A stretch of 64,000 nt of DNA from Phoronis australis. Lineage: Eukaryota; Animalia; Phoronida. The position numbers and the translations under genes were made by a program. Below, piece after piece: positions 24,741 through 37,996 of this stretch. The stretch is taken from positions 1,396,761-1,460,760 of the forward strand of contig NMRA01000009.1 of the NCBI GenBank assembly GCA_002633005.1, given 5' to 3'. The notes below the pieces were generated by a model. It was given only the letters and a program-made list of their open reading frames with translations, was not told where the DNA came from and searched no databases. Each line of letters opens with the position of its first letter. Within the stretch, counting starts at the first letter, position 1.

Positions 24741-26479
24741 TCAAATCATATCCTTTACTTTTTTCTGCAACAATCTATCATGTTCGTTACGCCAATTATC
24801 AGATGTCATTTGTCATATCTCGTTTAATTTTGCTTTATTTCTATTTCTGTTGACAAAATATGTTATATATATGTTTACTTACCTATATATATTCTACATT
24901 TCGTCAAACAATGGTATCCTTTAGAGGATCTGGATCGCCTCTTTTAGTTTCAGATTTATTTTCTAGGTCATGTAGTGGTAACAAATGGAGTATTCTAGCT
25001 CTGCCTTAAACACATAGTTTAACACCAAAGACCTCCTTTTTAACACAAAGAATATCATTATATGATCCCTTTGCACAAAGCAGTTATTATCCTCATGGCT
25101 AATTAAGGAAGCCTAGCAGTTAATGATGTAGAACTTCATCAGAGCCAATTTTGAATGCAGGCTTGTGCATTATGTAATTGATGGCGATGACACAGGAGTG
25201 AGATAGGCATGTTATACTCAGTCACACAAGGCTAGGAACCAGCGTGGAATATGAGAGTTATAGCAACGAATCTTTCGACCACAGGGAAATTTTAAAAATT
25301 TTTTTACTTGAATGTGACAAAACATCAGATGTAGGCTGTTGACAATTAACAAAGCACCTCGAGAGGATGCTGTTGGGAATGCGAATGAGCCATAGGCAAA
25401 TAGGTTCGCAAGTGCGCCGTTCGTTTTACATGAAGACTGGGATACTGCGTCAGATCCTGAAGGCGATGACCGCACCACTTTTGATGTTTGATCATTGTAA
25501 GTGTCATAACAAAAACATTGCCGTGAACAAATATTAGGCAAATGTGTCTTTTTTAGTTCTATTTGTTACTTTAAATTGGATATAGTGCAAGTCATACGAT
25601 AGGGGCTACGAATTTGTCATTTCATCCTGGGTTTCGTGGTGTGTATACATTATGTGAAAGGCAAGGAGAGATAAAAATTTTGTTGTTAGTGTGTATTTTA
25701 TGAATTGAATGTTACATTTTATCACAAATCCTTGTTTTTTAATTCAATATCCAATTTGATCAGCTGCCGAAAGGGGGATGTCGAAATCACCAAAAGTCTT
25801 TAAATTTAGGAAAATATGTAACCTATTGCAACACATACGGTAATCAAACCTTGAAGAACAGCTGACTCTCAAGCAAAAAATGATTTCAAAACAATTTCAT
25901 ATATTTTTAGCAAGTGTAAGGTCAACTGAATATACCATTTACTGTGAAATAATTGGAATATTCCTTATACTTTTAGCACAAAAAAATAAAGTTGTCAAAG
26001 TTGTTTCTTTATAGCAGCTTATATAAAAATGTATTAAAGTTAAATCTTCACCGTTTACAAAGGAGGCAGTTGAACATGCCTTTCAGTTCAGCAAAAGTCG
26101 CCATGTTGTCGGTGCTGTGACGAAGTCCACCGAGAATTGTGAGCACTTTAACCACTCAATAAGTAACATATGCGTGACTAGATTCTGTTGAAAACTGTTG
26201 AATGACAAAGAATTGTATGTAAAGATATGTCTCAGTACATTTCATTGTAAAATATTGGTAAAAATAATTTATAAATAGTTTTAAACTCGTAACTTATGCT
26301 GCTGTTGTCCAAGATGGCGGACCCGATCCAAAAAAATATGTCCCAAATTTCTCCACAAAATTGCTATAACGTTGTACTGATTCACCCGATTTTGTTGATT
26401 TTTTAATTTTGTTGTATGGGATGCATTATTGTTCTGGTGATATTGAAGAATTTCTTCAAACCGACAAGAATTGTTTGAC

Positions 26480-26619
26480 CGTCCTATTTGTACTTCCTCG
26501 TGGACTTGACAGTTTCCAGAGACGACGCATCTTCGCATCTTAGATCAATGGGGAATCTGCACAGACACCCCAGCCCGTGGTGTATTGTCACAAACTTCCA
26601 ATACACAGCGGTCTGGCAT
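26480..26619 (-). pseudogene. THAP zinc-finger domain remnant, probably transposon-derived
   Basis: MPDRCVLEVCDNTPRAGVSV / RFPID / KMRRLW / VKSTRK across frameshifts fits MxxxCxxxxCxN...(H)xFP.....R..W. Confidence 0.7.
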
Positions 26620-27010
26620 TCTTCTTCAAATGCCAATTAAGTTGAAACTGTCATGTTCAAATTCGCAAGAAAACACTTGAATTTTTGGCAATGGAGACAC
26701 TCCACCAACTTGGCATTGCTCGGAGACACGTCTCACTCCTGCGATGTATTAACTGAAGTTAGCCGAAGATGACATTTTTCTGTTCGTAGAATTTTGTGGG
26801 GAAATGGGAGCGTTTTTAAATGAAATTCTACACAAATTGCGGAATGAAATAAGAAAAAATTGTGGTTCGTATTAGTTAAGCTTTATTAATACAGTAGTCA
26901 AGACACTTGTGTACCGTACATCTTAACAACATCAAAATTAGCTTTCAGTCTTATCGCTTTAATCTCAGATTCTTTTTGCTAGCCATCATGATTTTGAGAA
27001 TTTCAAACAC

Positions 27011-27531
27011 CAGGGCTTGGAATTTTCCGCGGAAACGCGGATTTCCGCTTTTTTCAAATGTGCTTTCCGCTTTTTTTATAATATTTCCACGTAAAAAAAT
27101 CGGATTTGATATAAAATTTCCGCGGCAAATTCCTTTCTTACCTCGTCGTTGCAGACGACGTTCACCTCGAAAAGCGGAAGTTGCTCTTTATGTTTCGGAG
27201 GAACGTAAATTGTCAACATCGCCGGGGCATCTGGGACAGTGGGACAGCGTGGTGGGATTTTTAATGGTGTCTCGTGGTAGTGTTAAGCGTGGCGACAAAT
27301 ACTACCGCTCTGCAGCCAAAAATGTGTGGGTTGGGAGTGGACGGGCGAGCTAAAAGGACGCAAACGCATGCTAGTGATGGTGATAAGGTTTTTTTTTTTT
27401 TTTATAGTCCTCCCTATTTTTGTCGCGGAAAGGTTCACATTGACCAATTCAAGGCTGGTTATCGGGCATGATTTGGGCCGTAAAAGTTTCAAAGTTTCCG
27501 CGTTTTTTGTCACTGGTCATTCCAAGCACTG
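27011..27531. mobile_element. hAT-like MITE with a perfect 6-bp TSD (aaacac)
   Basis: aaacac|cagggcttggaat ... attccaagcactg|aaacac; subterminal tttccgc repeats. Confidence 0.88.
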
Positions 27532-27847
27532 AAACACATTGCAGCACCATCTTTGAAAATCATGTCGATGTTGTTTGGTTTCTTGTTTTGGTGTGGAACC
27601 ATTCTTAAATACTCTTTAGTTGGCGTTAGTGAGTGTTCATGATAGCACTGTTTACTGACAGACTTCATTGATTGCTTCATTGGGAAGATTAGACTAATCT
27701 TCTCCAGTTTGAAGTTTACGATTGTGCCTTATCATAATAAAGCTGTGTGGATCAGTAAATGACATTTGTAATGCCAGGGAAAAACGGACTTTTTGAAGAC
27801 TGGGGTGTCATCGGTTTATAAAATCCATTCTAACTGGATAGTGAAAT
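27532..27847 (+). other. Candidate non-coding 5' exon of an unidentified + strand gene
   Basis: Donor AAT|GTAAGT at 27848, at the edge of the CpG-rich domain; CpG-poor T/G-skewed DNA follows. Confidence 0.35.
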
Positions 27848-28329
27848 GTAAGTGTGCTACATCAAAATATTGTTGTGTTTTATACTTGTTTCACCTATGT
27901 GTAGACATGTTAGACAATCATACAGCCTGATTTGGTTATTCAAACTGCATCACACACTGGCTCTCTAATATATTCACTGGGGTTGTAATTGACTATATTT
28001 GTGTTATAGCTTGTTGCTAGGGAATTAGGATATCACCTTTTTAGAGAGAAAGCAAAATGGATGATTTACGCTTGTGGCCTTTAGAATAACTCCTTTGTTT
28101 GAAAAATTGATGGAGCCAATAGGGTTTTACATCGAAGTTTGATGTTTGATTGGTACAAAACAATAAAGCCAGGCAATAATATTTTCCCTATAAATGCCTG
28201 TTGGAACTACGCGACACTCAGTTGAGATCCGTCACAAGCCTGCGATTTAGTGTCCGGTAAAAGAACTGAATATTCTGTTATGGAATAGCACAAGTCAGTC
28301 TAAATCGTTTTGATGGCATGATTGTTTGA

Positions 28330-28615
28330 GGTTATATAGTAACCTAGAAAAATGTCCAAATTTGGCTAACTTTGGAACATTATATCTTATAAATGGCTGA
28401 TAAGATTCATGTCAAACTTTAAGATTTACGTTGTGTACTACTTTTCATATAGCTATACGTTATCGTTTTTAAAACATTGCACTTTTGCTTGAGGGAAGCC
28501 AAAAAATAGGTAAAACTCCTAAGTTTCATAAAACAAAAATAAAGTGATATGTTTGAAAACTATCAACGCTTTTGAGATCTCATTTTAAATAAAATTTGAC
28601 CTGACTTAATTAATG
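28330..28615 (+). mobile_element. Family K (Kolobok-like) 5' fragment
   Basis: ggttatatagtaacctagaaaaatgtccaaatttggctaactttggaac, shared with 63653 and 10042. Confidence 0.7.
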
Positions 28616-30214
28616 GTAAGTACGAAGACTTGTCAGTAATGTCCAACATTCACTACTTGCTCACTTTAAAGGTGCTGCAAAAATGATTGTTGTGCACTGT
28701 TGTTCATGACAAAATGCCTCGTTTTATCATCAATTTTAACAGTGCAAATGTGAAAGCGCACATGCTCCGTTTATAGTTTACACACAACACCTCATTTTCA
28801 AGCATAGCAGTGAATTCATACAAGTAGTGAATAACTTGAATCCCTACAACATGCTTATTTATTGAACTGCAGTTGAATAAGCAATCAGTAGGACTTTTAC
28901 CTGAAAAAAATTAATGTTGGAAGCTCTTCTGTTGTACTGCGACAGTGAACCCTTTTTGTAGAGTTTCTAACCCATAAAATAGGGAATTTGATCATAAAAT
29001 ATGCCCTTTGTTGGGAATCTAGCCATGAAAAACTATGTCTGTATGTACTTATGTAAGTCTGTACTGGACATTGGAGTTCTTTCACTCTGAGTGATCTTTA
29101 GGTATGTATTAAAATATCAGCATTAACGTCACGAATATCAGATGATATGCTCATATTCTGCGACAGGTGAGAGCTAAATATTAAAAGAAGTTACAGTAAA
29201 TCTTCGCCTTCTGATATTTAGCACACAGTATGGCAGGCTGGTGATTTTTTTCCAATTTATTAACGAAATGAAAATTAAGAAAATTCTAATCCATTATTAG
29301 CTTGGCTTGTACTATTTAGATGGCAACAACCAATTTTTGGTCAAGTTTCCATTATTTACAGCAAAGTAATATACAGTCCGAATAAATTTAAAAGCGTGTC
29401 CCACGTCAATGGCGCAAAAATAAATTCATTGATGCACTGTGATTGCTTAAATCAGTCCAACGGTCACATTAAAATTGGGAGCGAAAAAGGACAAAAAAGT
29501 GGCTGATAGGTCTTCCAAATTGTCCCAAAGACTTGAGGCTGTTTGGGTCAATTCACGCATGCACATGTTTTTCTAAAATGATCCCTGAATCTACCTTTTG
29601 AAAAACAGAAAAATCACAATTTTTGTCTCTTATTTTGATGCAAGTAAGTGAAGAGTTAGCTTAACAGCAGATGTGTGTGATGGCAGATGTGATTCCTCCC
29701 ATAAATTGTGGAGAGGTGAGGCTAATTGATGATTTTCAGGGCATGCACTTTCCAGTGCAAGGGAGTTATCAGCTATAAAGCTGATAGCGACAATTAAAAT
29801 GAAATTTATGACACCACTCTGGGGCAGGAGTGTTTGTGTGGTAAATTAATTCCATAAGCTGTGTTCAAAAGAAGTGTTTTTTGCTTCTGAAGATTAGAAT
29901 AAATAAAGAAGGTAATGCCTTGCACAGCTTGCAAGATGGCCAAACTTTTTACTATCTTTCAAGATGTGAGCATATTTGTGTACAAATTAAATTTGCGCCC
30001 GTTTGTATTGAAGTGAAGATTCAGTGATGTCATGCTGTCTTGAAGATCTAATCTCATTGCATGAATTCTTTACTAATTTAACAAAAGCAATCTGCTGTTT
30101 TGTAGATTCAGTCAATGCTCACAAGTCGAGTGTGTTTTAAAAATGTATCCTGCTGGAAATTAACGAAGCTAAAACCCTGTTGCAATTTATGTTCAGGTAA
30201 CATTCTGCCGATTC

Positions 30215-30569
30215 TGGTAAAAATCCTCCAGTTTGGGACAGCCTCAATACTTTGGGATATCAAATTTTTGATTTTCTTGATTCTAAAGATTGAGACATGG
30301 GAGATTTCATATTTATCAAATATCAGTCATAGCGTTTTTAATTAAAATAGACTTGGCAGTCAATAAAATTGTCGAAAATAACCACTGACTCAGCATTTTT
30401 ATGAGTGGCCCATGATATTCAACATCTAGGTGACTAGTCAGTTGTAATTGATTATAGTTCTTGGATTTAGGATGGCCATTATACCGTCTGTATTCTAAAA
30501 TTTGATTCAAACTCCGACCTTGAGCAAAATGATTATTTTTCACTGCCCCAAAATGGAGAATTTGTACTG
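30215..30569 (-). mobile_element. MITE family P (TA-flanked, Tc1/pogo-like)
   Basis: TIR ggtaaaaatcctccagtttgggacag ... ctgccccaaaatggagaatttgtactg|ta; related copies at 39929, 41081 and 59907. Confidence 0.65.
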
Positions 30570-31329
30570 TACACATTATGCTCGTCTTGGATTGTATGAC
30601 ATTAAAATCAAACCTATTGGTTGAGACCAAAACTAGTTGTCTTACTTGTTAGTGGCCTCAGTCTGGATTATGTGGAATGTAGATGGATTGTCAGTTTGAC
30701 ATTTGTGACGACAAGACTGTTCAGTTTTGCCTATTCCTTTCTCGTCATAAATTGTGCGCCAACCTAACCGAATAATGATGATGCTGCACATTCAAAATAT
30801 AGACCAGCGCAATGGCTGGGAAATGAAATTGGGAAAAAGGTACCAGAGATAATGGCGAATGATAGAAAGCAACTCCCTCCTGTAGATGATACTATGCAAC
30901 GCTGTCCTTTCGGCTGTTGAATCTTATAGCTGTTAGTTTTTCAAATCGCTTATAGGATTGATTTTCAAAATAACGTTCAGTTTGCAGGTTTTTGACTGAA
31001 TCGTTGAAATGGGATTGATTTCATCATGTTTTTGTTTCATGCTGTGAAACTGAATCTTCAAGACAACATAGGGTTAAAATCATTCAATCTTCTAAACATG
31101 ATTGAGTTGATAAAGTAAGATTACCTTTACAAAGTACGGTAGGGTTGGTTTTTGTTTTAAGCTCGATTATTTATTTAGTAGCTTTGAATCTACAAGGTAG
31201 GATTGATTTTGAATTGTTATTTTTGCACCTTTTGCTCCCCATAGTGGGGTTGGGTTATAAATCTGCAATCTGTGCCAACTAAATGAATTACTGAGCTAGC
31301 AAGATGTGTTACATTTTTGCGAAAATGTA

Positions 31330-31500
31330 ATAAGATGTAAATATCTATAATCACATTGATATGTACGCAGTAAAACTGAATTTTGAAACTTGAAAGTAAA
31401 AAACTTATAAAATTTGATTTTTTTACTTGTGATCAGTATTCCATTAATTGGGTCTTTTGACCTTGCCTTTTTAGTAAAATTTAGCAAAACAGAGAGATAC
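31330..31500 (-). mobile_element. Family K fragment, inverted
   Basis: aatttgatttttt...ccattaattgggtc is the reverse complement of the gacccaattaatgg...aaaaatcaaatt segment of the other copies. Confidence 0.5.
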
Positions 31501-31975
31501 ACTACAACTCAACCTAAAAGCACGAGAAGTTTGTGTGAAAGTCTTCTAATGTAGTTTACATTCATGGCCCAAAATTCAGTAACACTGTTCAGTTTTAATC
31601 TTCTGTTTGTAAATTTTATCGTTCTTTGCATTGTTTGGCATTGAAATCCAACTTTCCCATAGTATTCATAATGTGTTTATTTATTTACAGAGTTTCATGT
31701 AAATTACAATTATGAACTATGGTTATGGAGGACCTTAAATCAACAAGTCACTTGGTGAAATATCTACAAAATTTTTGAATTGCACTCAGTTAAAGTACAT
31801 ATTTTCCGAAAATAAAAAAGCTGTACTATTTGATATTTTGCTTCATACTAAGGCTGCTTAGATGAACATTCAAGCGGGATATCCACTAGTAATAATAGTG
31901 TATCCCGACTGGAGTATTTTGATAAATATGTTACATGCACAATCGTAAAATGCTATCATCATCTCACTTTTTCAG

Positions 31976-32025
31976 GTATTTCTAACCTAGCAGTGTCTTC
32001 AACTCGCACACATAAGGTTTTTAAG
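31976..32025 (+). other. Candidate 50-nt non-coding exon or recursive-splice exon
   Basis: atctcactttttcag| followed directly by GT, and AAG|GTAAGT 50 nt later. Confidence 0.4.
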
Positions 32026-32929
32026 GTAAGTGGGTCTGGTTGTTTGGATGGTTTATGGCTTTTAGTCTAATAACATTACTTGAAACTGTGTTTTGTGATT
32101 TTGGGTCTGGTTACCATGACAATATTCAATATTCAGTGCATCCTACCGATGGTTAAATGTTCAGTGGTGAAATTAGAGGTTGCTGAAGAGAAGGTTGAGT
32201 CTTCATATAGGTTCACATGTGATGACTGAATTCAAGTGTAAAAGGTTTGGGATGGTACTTCTACCATTCATGAAGACGGATTTATGGTCCTGCTGGAAGC
32301 TTCACAAACTATCTAGTAAAGTGTCTATAGCCTGGTAAGTACTTTTACCTTTTTATTTACATTTGCAGATAAAGCTATGCATGTAATAGAAACTGATAAA
32401 AGCAGTTTAATGCTTGGCATCTCTTATTTTTAGGATTTTGAAGAACAGACATTCCAAATTTAAGCCATGTGCTTGAGTTTTATGAGGTTCTTTTTTCTAG
32501 AATCCGTATACTTAGACAAATAAGCGTTAAAGGTTATCATAGCACGTTTCAAAGTGACTGCAGATTTTTCAGTAACATAATAAAATCAAACAGTTTCAAT
32601 GTCAGTGGCTTTCTGTAAACTTGGTACCATATAGTGGTTCTTATTATTTGTAATTATGATGCCAATAGATTGAAGTTTCCAGGTACTTATTAATTTCTAC
32701 TGGTCAGTTGACTCTTTTGTTGTCAGGGTGATTTTTTGTCTTCTTTATTACTGGAATTTCAGCAGCTTTGCTCTGAAACTATGATGTAAAACTTATTTCA
32801 TTTTAACAGTCAAATGGAATATTTGGAATAAATTGTTGTTTGTTAATTTACAGATTGATGTAAGGGGGCGGAATGGTGGCATAACTGATGGTGAGTATAT
32901 TAAGGAGTGAAGTAGGGGACGTGCACATG

Positions 32930-33354
32930 GGTTGCATTTACACGAGGCGCACTTGGCATGGAGCAGCTGGCACGGGACAGCTGATTGGGCGCAAGTATGT
33001 GTGTAAACACGAATGACAAAGAGCATATTGATGTCGTGGCAGCCATTTTTGTTACCTATTCGGGGGGGGGGGGGGGNGTAGAACCAGTTGCACTTGATCA
33101 GTTGCTCTTGTGTCAACTACACATAAACTGGGGGAAGGCAGAAGGGATCATCTTTTGTTGTGCTTATACAGTAGTGGACATATATTGTTTTGGTCGTTCG
33201 TCATTGTTAATTCGAATATGCGGAAGCTGTCTTCGTGCAATTGACTTCCGTGCTGATCCAGTTTTTGATAATGTCATGGAGATGCTACTGTAATGGAGCA
33301 ACTCGCACCACGACAGCTTATGTTGTATGAAGTGTTCCTCGGGTAAACACAGCT
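32930..33354 (+). mobile_element. PIF/Harbinger-like MITE, family H2
   Basis: TIR gttgcatttacacgagg ... cctcgggtaaacacagc; internal atcagttgctc...aactgggg shared with 44361 and 51168. Confidence 0.72.
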
Positions 33355-33749
33355 TTGTGTAGTAGTTGTCAAAAAAGTTGATGAATTTCATCAAAGTGTG
33401 CTGAGCTTTGTCGAAGGTACTGTAAAAATACAAAAGAAAACGTGGCAAAAAAACAACAATAAATGACTGGAAAATTAGCCATAAATTTTAAATTTAAAAT
33501 TTTGCTGATTTATAATGAGAAGAAATTTTTTAAAGTTTTTTGAAAACTGCATTGTAACTTATGTCTAGAACATGTCACATGTACAATTCACGACTCAAAA
33601 GACAGGTTTCCTGTCCAGTCAAAATGGTCATATGGTGAATACAGTGGCCTAGCTTTAATGAGTCTTCCAAGTTTGTTACAGTACACAATGAAATAGTTAT
33701 TTGTTGGCAGTAAATTGGGTGTTCTCATAGAAATAGAATCACTTATTTA

Positions 33750-34123
33750 GACTACTTGTGTTACACTTTTGCATTAGGAGTTCTCAAAAACAGGACTTGT
33801 GATTTTGATGAAAATAATCAAGAGTTTCATAAAGCAAACTCAAACTATTTTAGAAAACTGTAGCAGGGTTTTGAGATTTCATTTTGAACGTTCATGTCAT
33901 GCGAAATTTACTCATTGTCTTGCTATAGTTGCACCTTTTTGCTAAATTTTACAAAAAGAAAAACGCTTGGTCACATGGCCCAATTAATGGCAGGTTGGTG
34001 GCAGTCAAAAATCTAATTCTATTGGCTTTCTATTTTCAAAAAGTAAATGCTTTTACTGACTCAAATGTAAGTTTTGTAGTATTTGGGAAATGCAAAGACT
34101 TGTTGATAAAGTCCCACATAACC
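33750..34123 (+). mobile_element. Family K 3' part
   Basis: Ends gacttgttgataaagtcccacataacc|ttaa, inverse of the 5' terminus ggttatgtgg. Confidence 0.72.
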
Positions 34124-34142
34124 TTAACTGATAACTGTAATT

Positions 34143-34239
34143 CATGGGCGCCGCACCAGAGAGGGGCTGGGGGGCTATAGTGCTGCGCTGACCATGGTCT
34201 AAAGGCGGTGCACTTTTTTTCAGTGCTGTGCCACCCATG
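34143..34239. mobile_element. 97-bp mini DNA transposon with a 5-bp TSD (taatt)
   Basis: taatt|catgggcgccgcac ... gtgccacccatg|taatt; GC-rich island in AT-rich DNA. Confidence 0.7.
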
Positions 34240-36497
34240 TAATTTACATGAAGGTCTGTCAATAAATGAACAAACTGTGAATACTATCAGAATATTTAAT
34301 TTAGATGCTGTGCAATGCACAAAGCAATCAAATTTGCTGAACTATACATTAAAACTAATCATCATTACTGGATTTCACGCTTTGAATAAACGACTACAAG
34401 AAACACCTTTGCAAAACACTGTTGCAACGCTTTCAGCTTAGTACTGTATGCGGACGGAATATAAGAAGGCATTGCTTGGCACTGCACCCGGAAGTGCAGT
34501 TCTAAAAAACTCGGCAGAGAAAGGGTTAACACACATGCATATATCTGTGTAGTAGCGTGAGGTCATCTGCCTCCTTTTGCCAGTCACCACATATGTCTCT
34601 TCACAATTGTTTTTTGCTTTATTTTCCAAGCCTCTGGACAGGTTTTTGAAATGCTTGTTCGCTTATTAGGCGCAAATGCCATTCATTTTACCCTCAGGGG
34701 ATTTGGACTATGTTTATTTTCTCTGATTGCTGTTACAGCTTATATTCATCCACTGAGGTATTTTTTTGCTCGCCAATTATTTCTGAATTGAATCAACAGG
34801 TTTTGAGATCTCAGTGGTCTTGATCACATGTACTGGTCTACTTTGATTCCTTGAGGACTCGTGGTTACCTTACCTTTGGTATGGGTATTTGTTCATGTAT
34901 GTTGGTTTTTACGTGAAATTGTTACAAAAGTATGCATTATAATGTTTTTTTTTTCTATAAATTCGACCATGTGGTGTTGCAGGGTATAATCTTTTATCAA
35001 CTTTCTCTGTTTGCCTGCCTGTTCCTCGTGTCTTCTCAATTATTTGCTGCTTGAAAGTTTTACCTGTTTTGGAAAGGTCTGCCAGCAATCATTCTCAAAG
35101 GTTGTGGACTTCTTGTGACCCCTAGTGGCAGTTTTTGTTATTATTTTGTAGTGTTTTTGTCTCCTTCTTGACATAGTTATGTTGAAACTGCATAAGGGTT
35201 TGAATGGTCATTAGATGATTATTTGCTCATTTTCACTGCTCTTTCTCTAAGTTAGTTGTGGTGTTAGAGTTAAGATATGTTCATTTAGATTTTTATTTGA
35301 TATACCTTCTGTACCTTTTTGAAACTTACGCAAAATTGTTCCTTTCTGGGTGGGTCCGTAACACGTCAACTTCACAAAATATAATAACTGCTCTATGCTC
35401 CCCTGCTGACAATTTTTCATCTATATTGGTTGATTCGTTTATATGTGTAGTGGTGTGACTGTAGTAACCACCTTCAATGTCCCTTGCCACAAGCAATGTA
35501 AGGTTAAGTCTCTCCAGCTTAGGGCATGGTATACAAAGGCAATTTTGTTTTCTCAGTATTTTTCTAAACAACATGTAGCACCCAATTTCTCCTTTACCAT
35601 GCTCAAAATTTGTACAGTAGCTACTGTTGGACAGTATTTTTCATTTTTTTTGGCTTGTACAACAATATTGGAAGTCTTTGAGTAATGAAAACAGTACAAT
35701 TTTTGTCCGAAATTGTTGCGACTTCACTGCTCTCTTTCCTTCCTAGTTATTTACAAATTTTCATTTGGTTGGTCCATAAATTTTAGTAACCTCCTCCAAT
35801 TGCCTTTGTCATCTGCAAAATTGTATTATGAGTGCCCGGCAGTTGGTTGTGTTCATCCAGGTTTGGACAAATATTGCGCATCCAAAAAAATGATACATAG
35901 GTTTTGTTTGCATCCAGCCTTTAAAATACAGTTGTAATCCAGCAACAAGTTCAGAATTTTATTTATTTGAACATTTAAGTAAATTTTGATTATGAGCTGC
36001 TATTAAGGTTCTCTGTTTTGTCTAAACCAACTTTTGTATTGCCTGGCATAGTTTTCTTAGTTGTCAATAGAGGGAGTATCAAATGGCTGGATGTTTTATT
36101 GAAACTAGATTGAAATTAGGACTGTTGCAGTGTTGGTGATATTTGAAAAAGAGATGGAACTTACTTTTGTGTTCGCACAGTACTTACTATGTTTATCCAG
36201 AATGGAGTCAGTTGAAGTACATAACGAGTGAATTATTCTTTTAGCACATCACTTAGCAGCACTTCTAGTATCATAGTCCATGTAAAGGTGGTTTTCCTCC
36301 TACCATTTAAAAAGGGTTTTTATTATTGTAATCATATAACTGTTGTTGTATTATTGTCAGTATCGGTATTGCTGTTATTTTATTTTTGTTATTGGTATTA
36401 TCGTTAGCTTATCAATTTAGTGTTAGCTTCCGTGTACTCATGGTATTTATTTTGCAATGAGGATAAACTCTGGTTGGTCAGGGCTCAACATTAACTT

Positions 36498-37648
36498 TTT
36501 ATGCGCCCACATATTTATATGTGGACGCATTATGCCGTCATCTCTGTCCGTCCGTCCGTCCGTCCGTCCGTCCGTCCGGGCGGCGTCCGTCCGGCGTCCG
36601 TCCGGCGTCCGCTGCTCTATCTCCAAAACCCTTTGACATACGTTCATGAAATTTGGCACATATGTTCCATTCATGAATGGGACGGGATGTGCGAACTTTT
36701 GGATGGATCCGACTACCGGTGTGCCCCCTGGTGGCAATTTTAGTTTTTTACGCTTACCTTTGTATCTTCAAAAGTCCTTAACGGATTTTCATGAAATTTG
36801 GTATGTAGGCACCTATTAGTGAGATGACGCTATCCTCCTGTTTTCAGATGGATTCGACATAGTTTGCGCCACCTAGTGGCCATTTTTACTGTTTTCGAGT
36901 CTGTATTTTTGCGTCCACCCCTCTATCAACCAAACCGCTCAAAGGATGATTGTGAAAATTGGCGTGTATGTGCTTACTATAAGGAAGACAGCTGACAATG
37001 ATTTTCAGATGATTTGGACTACTGTGGCGCCTCCTAGTGGTAGTTTTGTTTTTTTTTGCGCCCATGGCTGTATCTCCCAAACTGTTTGCAGGATCTTTAT
37101 TATGCGCCCACATATTTATATGTGGACGCATTATTACTAAATTTAGCAAGTGTATTTATGTGATGTTGACAACGGACGATGACGACTTTAGGATGATTCT
37201 GACTACCGGTATTCCTCTAGTGGCAATTTTAGTATTTGCCTCTAGTGGCAATTTTAGTATTTTACATTGACCTCTGTATTTTCATAGGTCTTCAGGTGTA
37301 TACTTTGTGTTACTTCGTGACTATGAAGGAAAAGTTCCAAGTAGAAATTTGTTTCTGGCATTCTAATGCTGTGCTAATCTCGTATGTTGGTAAATTTGTT
37401 TTTAATTCTATGTTTCTGTGGTGCTTTAAGCAACTGGTGTATAGGATGTGCTTGTATTATGAAGATTACTCACATTTTGCCCCTAGTCTATTGAGGAGAC
37501 AAGGACCATGCCTTTCCATTTTGCAAAGTACAACATACTACATATATGCCCTCTACTGGCCACTTTATGGTACCAATAAACAACCCTAGAAGGATACCGT
37601 ATGCGGTGCAATTGTGGGCGCATTTCAACGCTCTGCGTTGCTCTTGTT
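36498..37648 (+). mobile_element. Complete non-autonomous Helentron/DINE-1-like element
   Basis: Inserted in a T-run; 5' hairpin atgcgcccacat...atgtggacgcat; (CCGT)n microsatellite at 36546-36610; internal units of about 150 bp; 3' subTIR tgtgggcgcat at 37613-37623; 3' hairpin caacgc-tct-gcgttg; ctcttgtt end. Confidence 0.92.
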
Positions 37649-37996
37649 AAGCCAAGTAATTGAAACTTTTACTTGCCCGAACAAAAAATTCACTTGCCCC
37701 AATTACAATCCTAAATAGCACCGTGCAGGTGCACATCTAGGTAATGTGTTACGGTAGGGCTGCCTGTGCTGAGCCTCCTCTTGTGCCATGCATTCTATAT
37801 ACACGAGTTGCTATTTTTGAACGATTCTTTTTATAGAACATTTACTTATAATGTGTGTCAAAACACTAGAGACAAATTAGAAGAGTAACTATGTTATCTG
37901 AACCACCGTCTCACGTTCACAGGCGCCGAAATGAGCTAAGACATGAACTCTAGACACTTCTGTGTATTCATTAGTTTATACGCCCTCATGCATTAA

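Noticed and set aside
26907-27532. 148-aa and overlapping ORFs
   Set aside because: They lie mostly within the GC-rich non-coding MITE 27011-27531.
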